55,267 nucleotides of DNA from Candidatus Omnitrophota bacterium. GTDB lineage: Bacteria; Omnitrophota; Gorgyraeia; JABMRN01; RBG-13-46-9. The stretch covers positions 1 to 55,267 of the forward strand of contig JBDRHE010000003.1 of assembly GCA_043817155.1 (NCBI GenBank). Direction: 5' to 3'. The notes beneath the pieces were generated by a model, which did no database searches, was not told where the DNA came from, and saw only the letters and a program-made list of their open reading frames with translations. A program made the translations under genes and the position numbers. Positions 11,479-21,874 of the stretch are shown here, piece after piece. Positions within the stretch are counted from its first letter, which is position 1; the number at the start of each line of letters is the position of its first letter.

Positions 11479-13087
11479 AAGAATACCTTTAAACAGGATC
11501 GTTATCAAAGAGATACCGCTATGTATCATAATAGCGGTATTTTTTTTCACGTCCGTTTCTTACGCCCGCGACTACGGCGATGCATATGTAACCGGCCAGA
11601 TAGGAGACGCCCGAACCCTCGTCCCCATACTTGCTTCTGACAGTCCATCATCATACATCGTGGATCTCGTTTTTGACGGGCTTGTAAGGTACAACAAAGA
11701 CGTGGAATTGGAAGGTCATTTGGCGGAGTCGTGGGATATTGTAGACGACGGCCTTTCGATAGTCTTCCATTTGCGAAAGAACGTAAAATGGCACGACGGC
11801 CACCCCTTCACAGCAAAAGATGTGAAATTCACGTATGAAGCGCTGATAGACCCTAACGTTATCAGCCCTTATAGCGGTGATTTTAAGATGGTAGAGCGCC
11901 TTGAGATTCTGGACGACTACACGGTAAAAGCTACTTACAAAGAACCGTTTGCCCCGGGCCTTACAAGTTGGGGTATGCCTATTATGCCTGCGCATCTATT
12001 AGAAGGAGAGGATCTTAGGGCTACCGACTTTTCAAGGAACCCGGTAGGTACCGGGCCCTTCAAGTTCAAAAGGTGGAAGTCCGGCGATAGGATCGATCTT
12101 CTTTCCAATCATGAATATTTCAAACATAGACCGTATATAGAACGATATATCTATAGGGTAATCCCCGATACAGCCACCATGTTCCTGGAGCTACAGACGC
12201 TGGGTATAGATTCTATGGGGCTTACACCCTTGCAATTCACGAAACAGACCGACATATACCAATTTAAAAGCAGATTTCAAAAGTTTAAGTACCCTTCGTT
12301 CGGTTATACATACATGGCGTATAATTTAAAAAATGAAAAATTTAAGGATAAGAGAGTCAGGCAGGCGCTTAACTACGCTGTCAATAAGCAGGAGCTCATT
12401 GACGGAGTACTCCTTGGGCAGGGAAGGATCTGTACAGGCCAGTTCGTGCCGGAATCCTGGGCATTCAACAAGGACGTAAAGCCGTGTCCCTTCGATCCCA
12501 GTCGGGCGAAGCAGCTTCTTGATCAGTCCGGTTGGCGGGATACTGACCGAGATGGGTGGCTGGATAAGGAGGGCAAGCGATTCGAATTTACAATAATTTC
12601 AAACCTGGGGAATGATAATCGCATGAGAGCGGCGGAAATTATACAGGCAAGGTTAAAAGATATAGGCATAAAAGTTCATATAAGGATATTAGAATGGGCG
12701 GTATTCATAGATGAGTTTGTGAACAAGAAGAGATTCGAAGCATTGATAATGGGTTGGGGCCTTGGCAGGGAGCCGGATTGTTACGATATATTCCATTCCT
12801 CAAAAACGGAGGAAGGTGAATTCAATTTTATAAGTTACTCCAATCCCGAGATCGATGGACTTCTTTTAGAAGGTCGCCGTACATTCGATAGGGAGAAGAG
12901 GAAGGCCGTCTACCATAGAATCCATGAGATAATCTACGATGATCAGCCTTATATGTTCCTGTATATACCGGATTATCTGGTTGCGGTCCACAACAGGTTC
13001 CAAGGCATAGAACAATCTCCGATAGGCATACACTATAACTTTATAGATTGGTGGGTGCCGAAGGATCGGCAGAGGTACCAATACTAG
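11438..13087 (+). CDS. Peptide ABC transporter substrate-binding protein (family 5); start uncertain
   Basis: LRKNVKWHDGHPFTAKDV, PVGTGPF, signal-like hydrophobic stretch; TTG start overlaps secG. Confidence 0.9.
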   Translation: MSLLQNPKSLHRTKRIPLNRIVIKEIPLCIIIAVFFFTSVSYARDYGDAYVTGQIGDARTLVPILASDSPSSYIVDLVFDGLVRYNKDVELEGHLAESWDIVDDGLSIVFHLRKNVKWHDGHPFTAKDVKFTYEALIDPNVISPYSGDFKMVERLEILDDYTVKATYKEPFAPGLTSWGMPIMPAHLLEGEDLRATDFSRNPVGTGPFKFKRWKSGDRIDLLSNHEYFKHRPYIERYIYRVIPDTATMFLELQTLGIDSMGLTPLQFTKQTDIYQFKSRFQKFKYPSFGYTYMAYNLKNEKFKDKRVRQALNYAVNKQELIDGVLLGQGRICTGQFVPESWAFNKDVKPCPFDPSRAKQLLDQSGWRDTDRDGWLDKEGKRFEFTIISNLGNDNRMRAAEIIQARLKDIGIKVHIRILEWAVFIDEFVNKKRFEALIMGWGLGREPDCYDIFHSSKTEEGEFNFISYSNPEIDGLLLEGRRTFDREKRKAVYHRIHEIIYDDQPYMFLYIPDYLVAVHNRFQGIEQSPIGIHYNFIDWWVPKDRQRYQY

Positions 13088-13430
13088 CGTATAGCGGATA
13101 GGATATTAGAAAAATAACGTTTAGCGTATTGCGTAGTGCGTATTGCGTATAGCGAATAGCATATAGCGGATAGGTTGAAAAGATAGAAAATGGCGTTTAG
13201 CGGTTGCGTTTGCGTAACTCGAATCGTTGAACGTAATACGTCTCAGGTAATGGATCAGTGAACGGGTTTTGTTTGTGTTTGTCATCCCCGCGAAAGCGGG
13301 GATCCAGAGGTGGGTCATCGAGAGTACATCCATGGATTCCCGCTTGCGCGGGAATGACAGAGAGAAAACCCATGAAGACTCATCCATTACCGTATCATGC
13401 ATAACGTTTCGAGTTACGCTGGCCGAATAC
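13085..13430. repeat. Nested element: family A left arm plus a long hairpin enclosing a family C REP doublet (13281-13358)
   Basis: Heptamer runs 13085-13203; stems 13212-13240/13391-13419 and 13247-13255/13382-13390 surround the 78-bp doublet. Confidence 0.85.
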
Positions 13431-13448
13431 CGATAAACAGAAAAAAGC

Positions 13449-14417
13449 ATGCTAAAATACATCATCCATCGTCTACTCCATATTGTTCCGATACTTATCG
13501 GCATAACTATCATATCATTTGTCGTGATTAATCTTGCCCCCGGGAAATCGGCGCATCTTATGATGATGAATCCCAGGCTCGATTTTAAAGCGCTGGAGAA
13601 GATGAAGGAGGCCGAAGGGCTAAACAAGCCGTTGCATGTTAGGTATGCTTATTGGCTTAAAAACGCCGTGACCTTTAATTTTGGCAGAAGCCGCGTAGAT
13701 CACAGGCTTGTTACGGAGAAGATAAGAGAGAGGCTCCCGATCACCGTTCTGATCAACATTCTATCTATAGTGATAATATTCACACTCTCGATACCAATAG
13801 GCATAAAGAGCGCGGTTGGAAGGGGTTCTCTCTTTGATAAGACGAGTACCGTATTCGTTTTTCTGGGGTTTGCCGCTCCGAGTTTCTGGATAGGGCTTCT
13901 CCTTATGTCATTCTTTGGTGTCAGGCTTGGCATTATGCCCATTTCAGGCATAGTCTCTCTAGACTTTGAAAACTATAGCATCGCAAGAAAGATCCTGGAT
14001 ATCACCGGTCACCTGGCTCTACCTGTCTTTGTGGCAAGCATAGGGGGACTTGCGGGAATTTCACGATATATGCGCCAGAGCATGTTAAATGCCATAAACC
14101 AGGACTATGTAAGAACCGCCAGGGCAAAGGGTCTTAATGAGTTTACGGTCATATATAAACACGCGCTTAGAAATGCGTTACTTCCTATAATTACGATAGT
14201 GGGTCTCTCAATACCCGGGCTTTTAAGCGGGAGCGTCATCATTGAAACGATCTTTGGTATACCGGGAATGGGAAGGCTTATGGTAGAGTCTGTTTTTACA
14301 AGAGATTATAACGTGATAATGGCAGGTCTGGTGATAAGCGCATTCCTTACGCTTGTTGGGAATTTGGTAGCTGATATAACATATGCGTATGTCGATCCCA
14401 GGATAAGATATAAATGA
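13449..14417 (+). CDS. Peptide ABC transporter permease (OppB/DppB-like)
   Basis: DYVRTARAKGL, HALRNALLPIIT, PGMGRL, multiple TMs. Confidence 0.93.
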   Translation: MLKYIIHRLLHIVPILIGITIISFVVINLAPGKSAHLMMMNPRLDFKALEKMKEAEGLNKPLHVRYAYWLKNAVTFNFGRSRVDHRLVTEKIRERLPITVLINILSIVIIFTLSIPIGIKSAVGRGSLFDKTSTVFVFLGFAAPSFWIGLLLMSFFGVRLGIMPISGIVSLDFENYSIARKILDITGHLALPVFVASIGGLAGISRYMRQSMLNAINQDYVRTARAKGLNEFTVIYKHALRNALLPIITIVGLSIPGLLSGSVIIETIFGIPGMGRLMVESVFTRDYNVIMAGLVISAFLTLVGNLVADITYAYVDPRIRYK

Positions 14418-15235
14418 TAAAGAGAATATTTAAGAATAGACTTACAGTTCTCGGAATGGGCGTAATAGCATTATTGATATTTGTGGCTCTCTTTGCGCCG
14501 ATAATCGCAGGGTACGACCCTACGTCGATAAGTATTAAGGATGCGCTTTTGCCGCCCTCGCAGGAACACCCGCTTGGTACCGATATGCTTGGCCGCGATC
14601 TCTTCTCCAGAATGGTGCACGCAACGCATATCGTCCTGCTTATAGGCTTAGTGGCCGTGGGGTTGGCTACGTTCATTGGACTTATTCTGGGGGCTATGGC
14701 AGGTTACTTCGGCGGTAAAATCGACGCCCTTATAATGCGTTTTACCGATATAATGTTGTGCTTCCCTACATTCTTCGTTATCTTGTCGGTCGTGGCAATG
14801 GTGGGCCCCAGCATATACAATATAATGTTAATAATAGGCTTGACGAGTTGGATGGGTATAGCGCGTTTGATAAGGGCGGAAGTCTTAAGCTTGAAGACGA
14901 GGGACTTTGTGTTGGCCTCAAAGGCGCTCGGGGCCGGAAATGTCTTCATAATAACGAGACATCTAATTCCAAATGGCCTGGGACCTGTTCTTGTCAGTTT
15001 TGTTTTTGGGATAGCTGGCGCTATTCTTACAGAGGCGGGATTAAGTTTTTTGGGACTTGGTGTTCAACCTCCCGATCCAAGCTGGGGCAATATCCTTATG
15101 GAAGGCAAGGCGGTCCTTGGCGTTGGATGGTGGGTGATACTCTTTCCGGGTCTGGCAATTCTCATAACGGTCCTTGCTTTTAATCTACTGGGAGAGGGAT
15201 TGCGGGATGCGTTCAATCCAAGGCTGGAACGGTAA
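14414..15235 (+). CDS. Peptide ABC transporter permease (OppC/DppC-like)
   Basis: HPLGTDMLGRD, EAGLSFLGLG, PSWG, NLLGEGLRDA. Confidence 0.93.
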   Translation: MIKRIFKNRLTVLGMGVIALLIFVALFAPIIAGYDPTSISIKDALLPPSQEHPLGTDMLGRDLFSRMVHATHIVLLIGLVAVGLATFIGLILGAMAGYFGGKIDALIMRFTDIMLCFPTFFVILSVVAMVGPSIYNIMLIIGLTSWMGIARLIRAEVLSLKTRDFVLASKALGAGNVFIITRHLIPNGLGPVLVSFVFGIAGAILTEAGLSFLGLGVQPPDPSWGNILMEGKAVLGVGWWVILFPGLAILITVLAFNLLGEGLRDAFNPRLER

Positions 15236-15260
15236 TATCGTAAAGGAAGAGAGATCTCAG

Positions 15261-16823
15261 GTGGCGCTGATAAAGGTTCAGGACTTGCAGGTTTGCTTTG
15301 AACAGGACGCCGGAACTATAATGGCTGTTGACGGCATTACCTTTAATATCGGAAGCAATGAAGTCGTCGGTCTTGTCGGGGAGTCGGGAAGCGGGAAGAC
15401 AATTACATCGCTCTCTATAATGAAGCTCCTTCCTGAGAGGAGATGCTCTCTGGGGGGAAAGATAATATTCGAAGACAGGGACATCCTGGAGCTTAGCGAA
15501 CGGGAGATGCTGGCAATAAGATGCTCTAAGATAGCCATGGTATTCCAGGAACCGTTTACGTCCCTAAATCCCGTTATGACCGTGGGCGAACAGATCGATG
15601 AGGTTATGCTTGCGCATACGAATGTCTCAAAAGGAGAGGCCAAAAAGCGAAGCCTTAGCATTCTGGACAGGATAAAGATCGCCAGCCCCTTGCGGATATA
15701 TAATGCCTATCCGCATCTATTGTCCGGCGGGGAGAGGCAGAGGGCGATGATAGCTATGGCGGTAGCTCTTAAACCGAGACTCTTAATAGCGGATGAACCC
15801 ACGACAGCGCTTGATGTGACGATCCAGGAGGAGATACTTACACTTATATTGGATATCAAGAAAGAGCTTGGTATTTCAGTTCTATTCGTTACTCATGACT
15901 TTGGCATCGTAAAGAAGGTTGCGGATAGAGTCATAGTTATGAAGGATGGGAATATTGTAGAGAGTGGCAAGACAGATGTCATGCTCTTATCTCCCGGTGA
16001 CGACTATACTAAGCGGCTGATAGAGGCTATACCAAAGATCGATCTTACCGCCCCAAAAAAGAGAAGAGAAGAGAGACCTGCGGCCATCGATATAAATTCT
16101 CTCTCCAAGTCGTTCTTGATCGGGAAAGGGCTCTTTCAAAGAGAGCGAACCATTGTTAAAGCCGTAAATAACGTATCATTCAAGGTCGAAGAAGGCAGGA
16201 CGCTGGGTCTCGTTGGAGAATCCGGTTCCGGGAAGACCACTGTCGGTAAGATCATCGCGGGTATCATAGAAGCGGATTCTGGCCATATAAGGGTTAGCGG
16301 TTCCGGTACACGGCATAAATTACAGATGGTATTTCAGGATCCTTACAGTTCTCTGGACCCGCGAATGAAGATGCGCGATATTGTATTGGAAGGACCTACG
16401 ATACAGGGTTTGACGAAGGGCAGAAAGGAGACAATTCTAAGAGACGTACTCCTTAAGGTACGCCTTGACTACAAGGATAGCGCAAAATACCCGCATCAAT
16501 TTTCGGGGGGGCAGAGACAGAGAATATCTATAGCCAGGGCCCTTGCGGTCGATCCGCGGATTCTTATACTTGACGAACCCGTGTCAAGCCTCGATGTTAT
16601 AATTCAAAGAGATATACTTGATCTGCTTAAGGAGCTACAGAATGAGTTGTCACTTACCTACCTATTTATCTCTCACGATTTACGTGTGATCGAGTATATG
16701 GCCGACGATATAGCCGTAATGCAAAAAGGTGAGATCGTGGAGCTCGATACGAGTGACCGAATTTACCGTTCTCCCAAACACCCTTATACGCGCCGCCTCC
16801 TCTCCAGCATTCCAGAACTCTAG
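15261..16823 (+). CDS. Peptide ABC transporter ATPase with two fused ATPase domains
   Basis: Two Walker A GESGSGKT motifs, LSGGERQR and FSGGQRQR; GTG 15261 is the likely start. Confidence 0.93.
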   Translation: MALIKVQDLQVCFEQDAGTIMAVDGITFNIGSNEVVGLVGESGSGKTITSLSIMKLLPERRCSLGGKIIFEDRDILELSEREMLAIRCSKIAMVFQEPFTSLNPVMTVGEQIDEVMLAHTNVSKGEAKKRSLSILDRIKIASPLRIYNAYPHLLSGGERQRAMIAMAVALKPRLLIADEPTTALDVTIQEEILTLILDIKKELGISVLFVTHDFGIVKKVADRVIVMKDGNIVESGKTDVMLLSPGDDYTKRLIEAIPKIDLTAPKKRREERPAAIDINSLSKSFLIGKGLFQRERTIVKAVNNVSFKVEEGRTLGLVGESGSGKTTVGKIIAGIIEADSGHIRVSGSGTRHKLQMVFQDPYSSLDPRMKMRDIVLEGPTIQGLTKGRKETILRDVLLKVRLDYKDSAKYPHQFSGGQRQRISIARALAVDPRILILDEPVSSLDVIIQRDILDLLKELQNELSLTYLFISHDLRVIEYMADDIAVMQKGEIVELDTSDRIYRSPKHPYTRRLLSSIPEL

Positions 16824-16847
16824 CTCGAACACCACATTATTAAGTTC

Positions 16848-16876
16848 TTGCAAACCCATGGATCATAATATATAAT
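16848..16876 (+). promoter_or_regulatory. Putative sigma70 promoter for otsA
   Basis: TTGCAA-17 bp-TATAAT. Confidence 0.6.
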
Positions 16877-16900
16877 ATATTTCTTAATCAGGAGCAAACC

Positions 16901-18370
16901 ATGCATTGGAACAAAACTCAGCTGAACAGGACCATCAAGAACATTATAGGCAATCGTCTGCTTATCATTGTGTCCAATAGAGAACCTTATATTCACCAGT
17001 ATAAGGAGGGTAAGATAGAACATATACAACCGGTCGGAGGAGCTGTTACCGCGCTCGATCCCATAATGAGGGTGTGTAAAGGCACCTGGGTCGCATATGG
17101 AAGCGGTACTGCCGACAAGGAGGCTGCAAACAAGAAGGGAGAGGTAATGGTCCCTCCCGAAAGCCCCAAATATAAGCTAAAGAGAATATGGCTCAGTAAA
17201 GACGAGGAGAACGGGTACTATTATGGTTATTCGAATAAGAGCATATGGCCCTTATGTCACAGCGCCTACACAAGGCCGAATTTCGATGAGATAGACTGGG
17301 CGTACTATAAAATAGTAAATAAGAAATTCGCCGATACCATCTTAGATATAGTTAAGGACAAGAAAGCTTTTGTCTGGATACAGGATTATCACCTCCTGCT
17401 TCTCGGGAAATTGCTTAAGAAGAAGAATAAGAGACTCCTTACAGCCCATTTCCTGCACATACCGTGGCCTAATCCGGAAGCGTTCAGGATATGCCCCCAA
17501 AAGCGTGAGCTTCTCGAAGGGCTACTCGCGAACGACCTTGTTGGTTTTCATATAAGATACCACTGCGCCAATTTTATGGATACTGTAAAAGCGGAAATGG
17601 AGGCGAGGGTCGATACTGAGAGGACCTCAGTAACATATTGTGGCCACGAAACATTGATACGGGCGTTTCCTATAAGCGTTGACTTTGATGAGATATCCAG
17701 GAGCGCTGATACAAAAGAGGTGAAGAACATTGCCGGGAAACTGAAAGACGAGCTTTCTATAGATGATGGGTCCTTTATTATGGCGGGCCTGGACAGGATA
17801 GATTATACCAAGGGGCTTATCGAAAAGATACAGGCCATAGATCGTTTCTTCGAAAAGTTTCCTGAATATAAAGGCAAAGTGACTTTTATCCAAAAAGGGG
17901 GCATCAGCAGGATCCATATAGGTAGATATAAAGAGCTGAACGAAGCGCTTAACAATGTTATCGAAGAGGTCAACTGGAAGCATTCCACCAAGAAGTGGAC
18001 GCCTATAATCTTCATAAAGAGGCATATGTCGAGAAACGAGATCATAGCGCTGCACAAGATAGCCGATGCCTGCTTGGTGAGCCCCTTACATGACGGGATG
18101 AATCTTGTATGTAAGGAGTTCGTAGCCGCGAAGAATGATCTAAACGGCGTATTGCTGCTTAGTCAATTTACCGGTGCGGCCAGAGAGCTCGAAGACGCCA
18201 TATTTGTCAATCCCTACGACAGGGAGAATTTCGCTGTGGCGATAAGAGATGCTATCGAACTTCCGAAGGAAGAGAAAGAGAAGAGAATGCGGCGTCTCAG
18301 GGCTGTTATAAAAGAGAACAATATCTATAAGTGGGCAGGGAAATTTCTGGAAGAATTGAAGAAACTTTAA
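16901..18370 (+). CDS. otsA: Trehalose-6-phosphate synthase (GT20)
   Basis: IVSNREP, WIQDYHL, FLHIPWP, DRIDYTKG, DGMNLVCKEFVA. Confidence 0.92.
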   Translation: MHWNKTQLNRTIKNIIGNRLLIIVSNREPYIHQYKEGKIEHIQPVGGAVTALDPIMRVCKGTWVAYGSGTADKEAANKKGEVMVPPESPKYKLKRIWLSKDEENGYYYGYSNKSIWPLCHSAYTRPNFDEIDWAYYKIVNKKFADTILDIVKDKKAFVWIQDYHLLLLGKLLKKKNKRLLTAHFLHIPWPNPEAFRICPQKRELLEGLLANDLVGFHIRYHCANFMDTVKAEMEARVDTERTSVTYCGHETLIRAFPISVDFDEISRSADTKEVKNIAGKLKDELSIDDGSFIMAGLDRIDYTKGLIEKIQAIDRFFEKFPEYKGKVTFIQKGGISRIHIGRYKELNEALNNVIEEVNWKHSTKKWTPIIFIKRHMSRNEIIALHKIADACLVSPLHDGMNLVCKEFVAAKNDLNGVLLLSQFTGAARELEDAIFVNPYDRENFAVAIRDAIELPKEEKEKRMRRLRAVIKENNIYKWAGKFLEELKKL

Positions 18371-18490
18371 CCCGCCTTCGTCCGCCGCCTACGGCGGCGA
18401 GACTTCGGCGAGGTTTTTCCCGCAAGTTCATTCGCGTAGCGGGACCCCGCCACACGATAGTAGCGGCGGGGCGCTCAGTCGAAGCGAAAA
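18371..18490. repeat. Family E hairpin plus reverse family D element
   Basis: CCCGCCTTCGTCCGCCGCCTACGGCGGCGAGACTTCGGC...GCGGGACCCCGCCA...GGCGGG; close match to 42928-43065. Confidence 0.8.
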
Positions 18491-18537
18491 GAAAGATTCC
18501 TCGGGTGTATACCCGCGTGAGCTTCAACTAAAGAGAT

Positions 18538-19221
18538 GTGATAAAAATGTCAAGATGGACTAAAAAAGCTTTGAATCCCTTTCAGTTCTCCACAAGCGTG
18601 AAGCTCAAGGAGTTGACCGGCCGAAAGGCAAGAAACTTACGTGAACTCGTGGAGACCATAAAAGAGGTTCCCGGGTCGGTTATTTATTTCCATACCCATG
18701 TATTCTTGCAGAAACACAGACGGCTGTCTCCGGAACCGCCAAACGATTTCGCATACTGGGTATCAGAAGCATTGGGAGAGTACAGGCTTGGCGAGGAGCT
18801 GGCATGCATAGAGATATGCGAATTCAGCACTATTATGGAGTTGAGAGAACGGATCATTAACATCATCGAGAATCATCTCTTTGAAATGAAGGAGTCGCTC
18901 CGGTATGCGCCGAAGGGCAGAGAGTTCGAATTCGTGAAGGCCCACAGCTTTGTTTTGCCTACCGGATTGGAAGCGCAAAACCTTAAACAGTTTGCCGAGG
19001 TCCTGGAGAAGGTTACTATTCATTCTATATATTTTCATATATTTGAGGCTAAACTTAGATTGGAAAAGGGGATAAATGATTTCTCTTTCTGGATAGGGAC
19101 TTCAGCGCATGCCCCGGATATAGCCAGGACCATTGCGGCCCTCGATCCGTACACATATACGATGGAGGGACTAAGACGTAAATTAATAAATATTGTGAAG
19201 GATTGGTGTAACGCAGAATGA
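18538..19221 (+). CDS. DUF5752-like protein with internal duplication, TreT-associated
   Basis: Two copies of A.NL....E.....S.I(Y)FH...NDF..W; overlaps the treT start by 4 nt. Confidence 0.75.
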   Translation: MIKMSRWTKKALNPFQFSTSVKLKELTGRKARNLRELVETIKEVPGSVIYFHTHVFLQKHRRLSPEPPNDFAYWVSEALGEYRLGEELACIEICEFSTIMELRERIINIIENHLFEMKESLRYAPKGREFEFVKAHSFVLPTGLEAQNLKQFAEVLEKVTIHSIYFHIFEAKLRLEKGINDFSFWIGTSAHAPDIARTIAALDPYTYTMEGLRRKLINIVKDWCNAE

Positions 19222-20435
19222 AGATAAGCGATTACGAGAAGATAGTAGGAAAAGATATCATAGATGAGCTGAGGCTTATAAGCAAGAAGCTGGGGCGCAA
19301 GAAGATACAATGCATAAATTCAACAAAGGTTGGCGGCGGAGTGGCGGAGATACTCATGAGCGTCATCCCTTTACTTAATGATCTTGGTGTGCAGGCAAGC
19401 TGGGATGTGATAAGCGCGCCTGCCGATTACTACAATGTTACAAAAGCTTTTCATAATGCTTTGCACGGCAGGAAGGTTTCGATCGACCAGAGCATGTTCG
19501 ACACATTCGCTTCAACAGGGCAATCTATCCTGAAGGATACGAAGATCTATGGTGATATAGTATTTGTGCATGACCCTCAGCCCATTATGCTTATCGAGGA
19601 GAGGAAGAGAGCCGATAAATGGATATGGCGTTGCCATGTCGACGTATCAAATCCCTATATGGAGGTTTGGGAGTACCTTAAGAAGTTTATCGATCAGTAC
19701 GATGTCTCCGTATTCTCGAGCCCTAAGTTTGCCAGCGAATTGGATATTCCTCAATTCTTTATTACGCCGTCCATAGATCCTTTTAGTGAAAAGAACAGGG
19801 AACTTACCAATGACGAGATAGACGGTGTAATGGCGAGGTATGGCATCGAGAGGAATAAACCGATCATTGCGCAGGTTTCCAGATTTGACTTCCTGAAAGA
19901 TCCCGTGGGGGTTATAGAGGCGTATAAACTTGTAAAGAAATATATAGACTGCCAGTTGATCCTGGCCGGCAACCGGGCGGCTGATGACCCCGAAATGGAT
20001 ATGGTGCTAAATGAAGTAATGGAGAAGAAGGGCAAGGACCCGGATATTCACGTTCTGCTTGTAGAACCCGAACATAATGATCTCGATATTAATGCCATTC
20101 AGCGCGTTTCCGATGTCATTGTACAGAAATCCATAAGAGAGGGTTTTGCCATAACTGTAACCGAAGCGCTCTGGAAAGCTAAGCCTGTTGTTGCTTCGGC
20201 CGTTGGTGGCATACCGCAGCAGGTAAGCAATGGGTATAGCGGCGCGCTTTGCTATAGCGTGGGAGGCGCCGCTCTAAGAATTCGTGAGCTTCTCAATAAT
20301 CCGGAATACGCAAGAAGGCTTGGCAGGAACGGCAAAGAGCATGTTCGTCGCAACTTCTTGTCAACAAGACACTTACGTGATTATATGCTACTATTTCTCT
20401 ACCTCTACAACCCCGAAGATATTATCTACCTATAA
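19218..20435 (+). CDS. treT: TreT-like trehalose synthase (GT4 glycosyltransferase)
   Basis: INSTKVGGGVAEIL, FHNALHG, VHDPQP, WRCHVD, QVSRFD, QKSIREGF. Confidence 0.85.
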   Translation: MKISDYEKIVGKDIIDELRLISKKLGRKKIQCINSTKVGGGVAEILMSVIPLLNDLGVQASWDVISAPADYYNVTKAFHNALHGRKVSIDQSMFDTFASTGQSILKDTKIYGDIVFVHDPQPIMLIEERKRADKWIWRCHVDVSNPYMEVWEYLKKFIDQYDVSVFSSPKFASELDIPQFFITPSIDPFSEKNRELTNDEIDGVMARYGIERNKPIIAQVSRFDFLKDPVGVIEAYKLVKKYIDCQLILAGNRAADDPEMDMVLNEVMEKKGKDPDIHVLLVEPEHNDLDINAIQRVSDVIVQKSIREGFAITVTEALWKAKPVVASAVGGIPQQVSNGYSGALCYSVGGAALRIRELLNNPEYARRLGRNGKEHVRRNFLSTRHLRDYMLLFLYLYNPEDIIYL

Positions 20436-20450
20436 TATTATAAAAATAGT

Positions 20451-20504
20451 AAAAATAGGGACGTCACCCATTTTCTGCACAAAATGGGTGACGTCCCTAT
20501 TTTT
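20451..20504. terminator. Perfect 24-bp inverted repeat; bidirectional terminator or REP-like element
   Basis: AAAAATAGGGACGTCACCCATTTT-ctgcac-AAAATGGGTGACGTCCCTATTTTT. Confidence 0.7.
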
Positions 20505-20526
20505 AAGAATAATCCGTAGAAAACGA

Positions 20527-20554
20527 TTGCATTTTATCCATAAAATGGTAAAAT
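20527..20554 (+). promoter_or_regulatory. Putative promoter for the leu operon
   Basis: TTGCAT-16 bp-TAAAAT with TGn extension. Confidence 0.5.
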
Positions 20555-20577
20555 GTCGCCCTATACATAGGAGAACC

Positions 20578-21858
20578 ATGGGTTACACTATAGCAGAAAA
20601 GATACTACGAGCGCATGCCGGCAATAAGTCCATAAAACCCGGTGATTTTGTAAATGCCCGGATAGATTTTTGCCTCGGCAACGATATAACGGCGCCTATC
20701 GCGATAGAGCATTTTGAGGCTATAGGCGCAAAGAAGGTTTTTGATAAGACCCGGATCGCCCTTATACCCGACCACTTTACACCGGCCAAGGACATGAAGA
20801 GCGCCAATCAGGCCAAAGTTTTAAAGAACTTTGCCGCGAAACACGATATCCAGCACTATTACGAGGTAGGGAGGATGGGTGTTGAGCATGCGCTTCTTCC
20901 GGAACTTGGCCTGGTGCTGCCCGGGGATCTCGTAATTGGCGCGGACTCCCATACATGCACGTATGGGGCGCTTGGATCTTTCTCCTGCGGAGTAGGCTCC
21001 ACAGACCTCACAGCTGCTTTTATAACAGGTAAATGCTGGTTCAGGGTTCCCGAATCGATAAAACTTATCTATCATGGGAAGCTCAAGAGGTGGGTTAGCG
21101 GAAAGGATCTTATACTTCATACGATAGGAGATATTGGTGTAGACGGGGCTCTTTATAAGTCGATCGAATTCTGCGGAGATGCTATAAAGGATCTATCTAT
21201 GGATGATAGGTTCAGCATGTGTAACATGGCCATAGAAGCCGGTGCCAAATGCGGGATAATCGAACCAGACCAGATCACTTTACAGTATGTAAAGAACGCC
21301 ATAAATAAGCACAGTCCTAAAAGGAAGGGTATAAAGCTGTACAATAGCGATAAGGATGCAGCCTACTCACTCGTAAAGGAATATGATGCTTCGAAGATAG
21401 AGTTGCAGGTGAGCTTACCTCATCTCCCGAGCAATGCAAAACCGGTAACGAAGGTCAAGGGTATTGCTATCGATCAGGTTGTTATAGGGTCTTGTACGAA
21501 CGGAAGGATAAGCGATCTGGAGGTAGCTGCCAGGATCTTGAAAGGGAAGAGGATAAGACATGGCCTTAGATTGATAGTTATACCGGCAACCCAGTCAATA
21601 TATCTGAAAGCAGTGAGACAGGGCCTGGCAAAGATATTTGTGGAAGCCGGCGGTATCTTTTCAACCCCGAGCTGTGGCCCGTGCCTAGGAGGACACCTTG
21701 GCATACTCGCGGAAGGGGAGAAGTGCATATCTACTACGAATAGGAATTTTGTTGGCAGGATGGGGCATCCTAAGAGCGAGGTCTATCTTGCCTCACCGGC
21801 CGTTGCCGCTGCCAGTTCCATAAAAGGGCGCATAGCGCATCCGAAGGAAGTCATGTAG
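20578..21858 (+). CDS. leuC: 3-isopropylmalate dehydratase large subunit
   Basis: GADSHTCTYG, IGSCTNGR, CGPCLG, STTNRNFVGRMG; ATG 20578 follows AGGAG. Confidence 0.93.
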   Translation: MGYTIAEKILRAHAGNKSIKPGDFVNARIDFCLGNDITAPIAIEHFEAIGAKKVFDKTRIALIPDHFTPAKDMKSANQAKVLKNFAAKHDIQHYYEVGRMGVEHALLPELGLVLPGDLVIGADSHTCTYGALGSFSCGVGSTDLTAAFITGKCWFRVPESIKLIYHGKLKRWVSGKDLILHTIGDIGVDGALYKSIEFCGDAIKDLSMDDRFSMCNMAIEAGAKCGIIEPDQITLQYVKNAINKHSPKRKGIKLYNSDKDAAYSLVKEYDASKIELQVSLPHLPSNAKPVTKVKGIAIDQVVIGSCTNGRISDLEVAARILKGKRIRHGLRLIVIPATQSIYLKAVRQGLAKIFVEAGGIFSTPSCGPCLGGHLGILAEGEKCISTTNRNFVGRMGHPKSEVYLASPAVAAASSIKGRIAHPKEVM

Positions 21859-21874
21859 ATTGGATCGAAACAAA

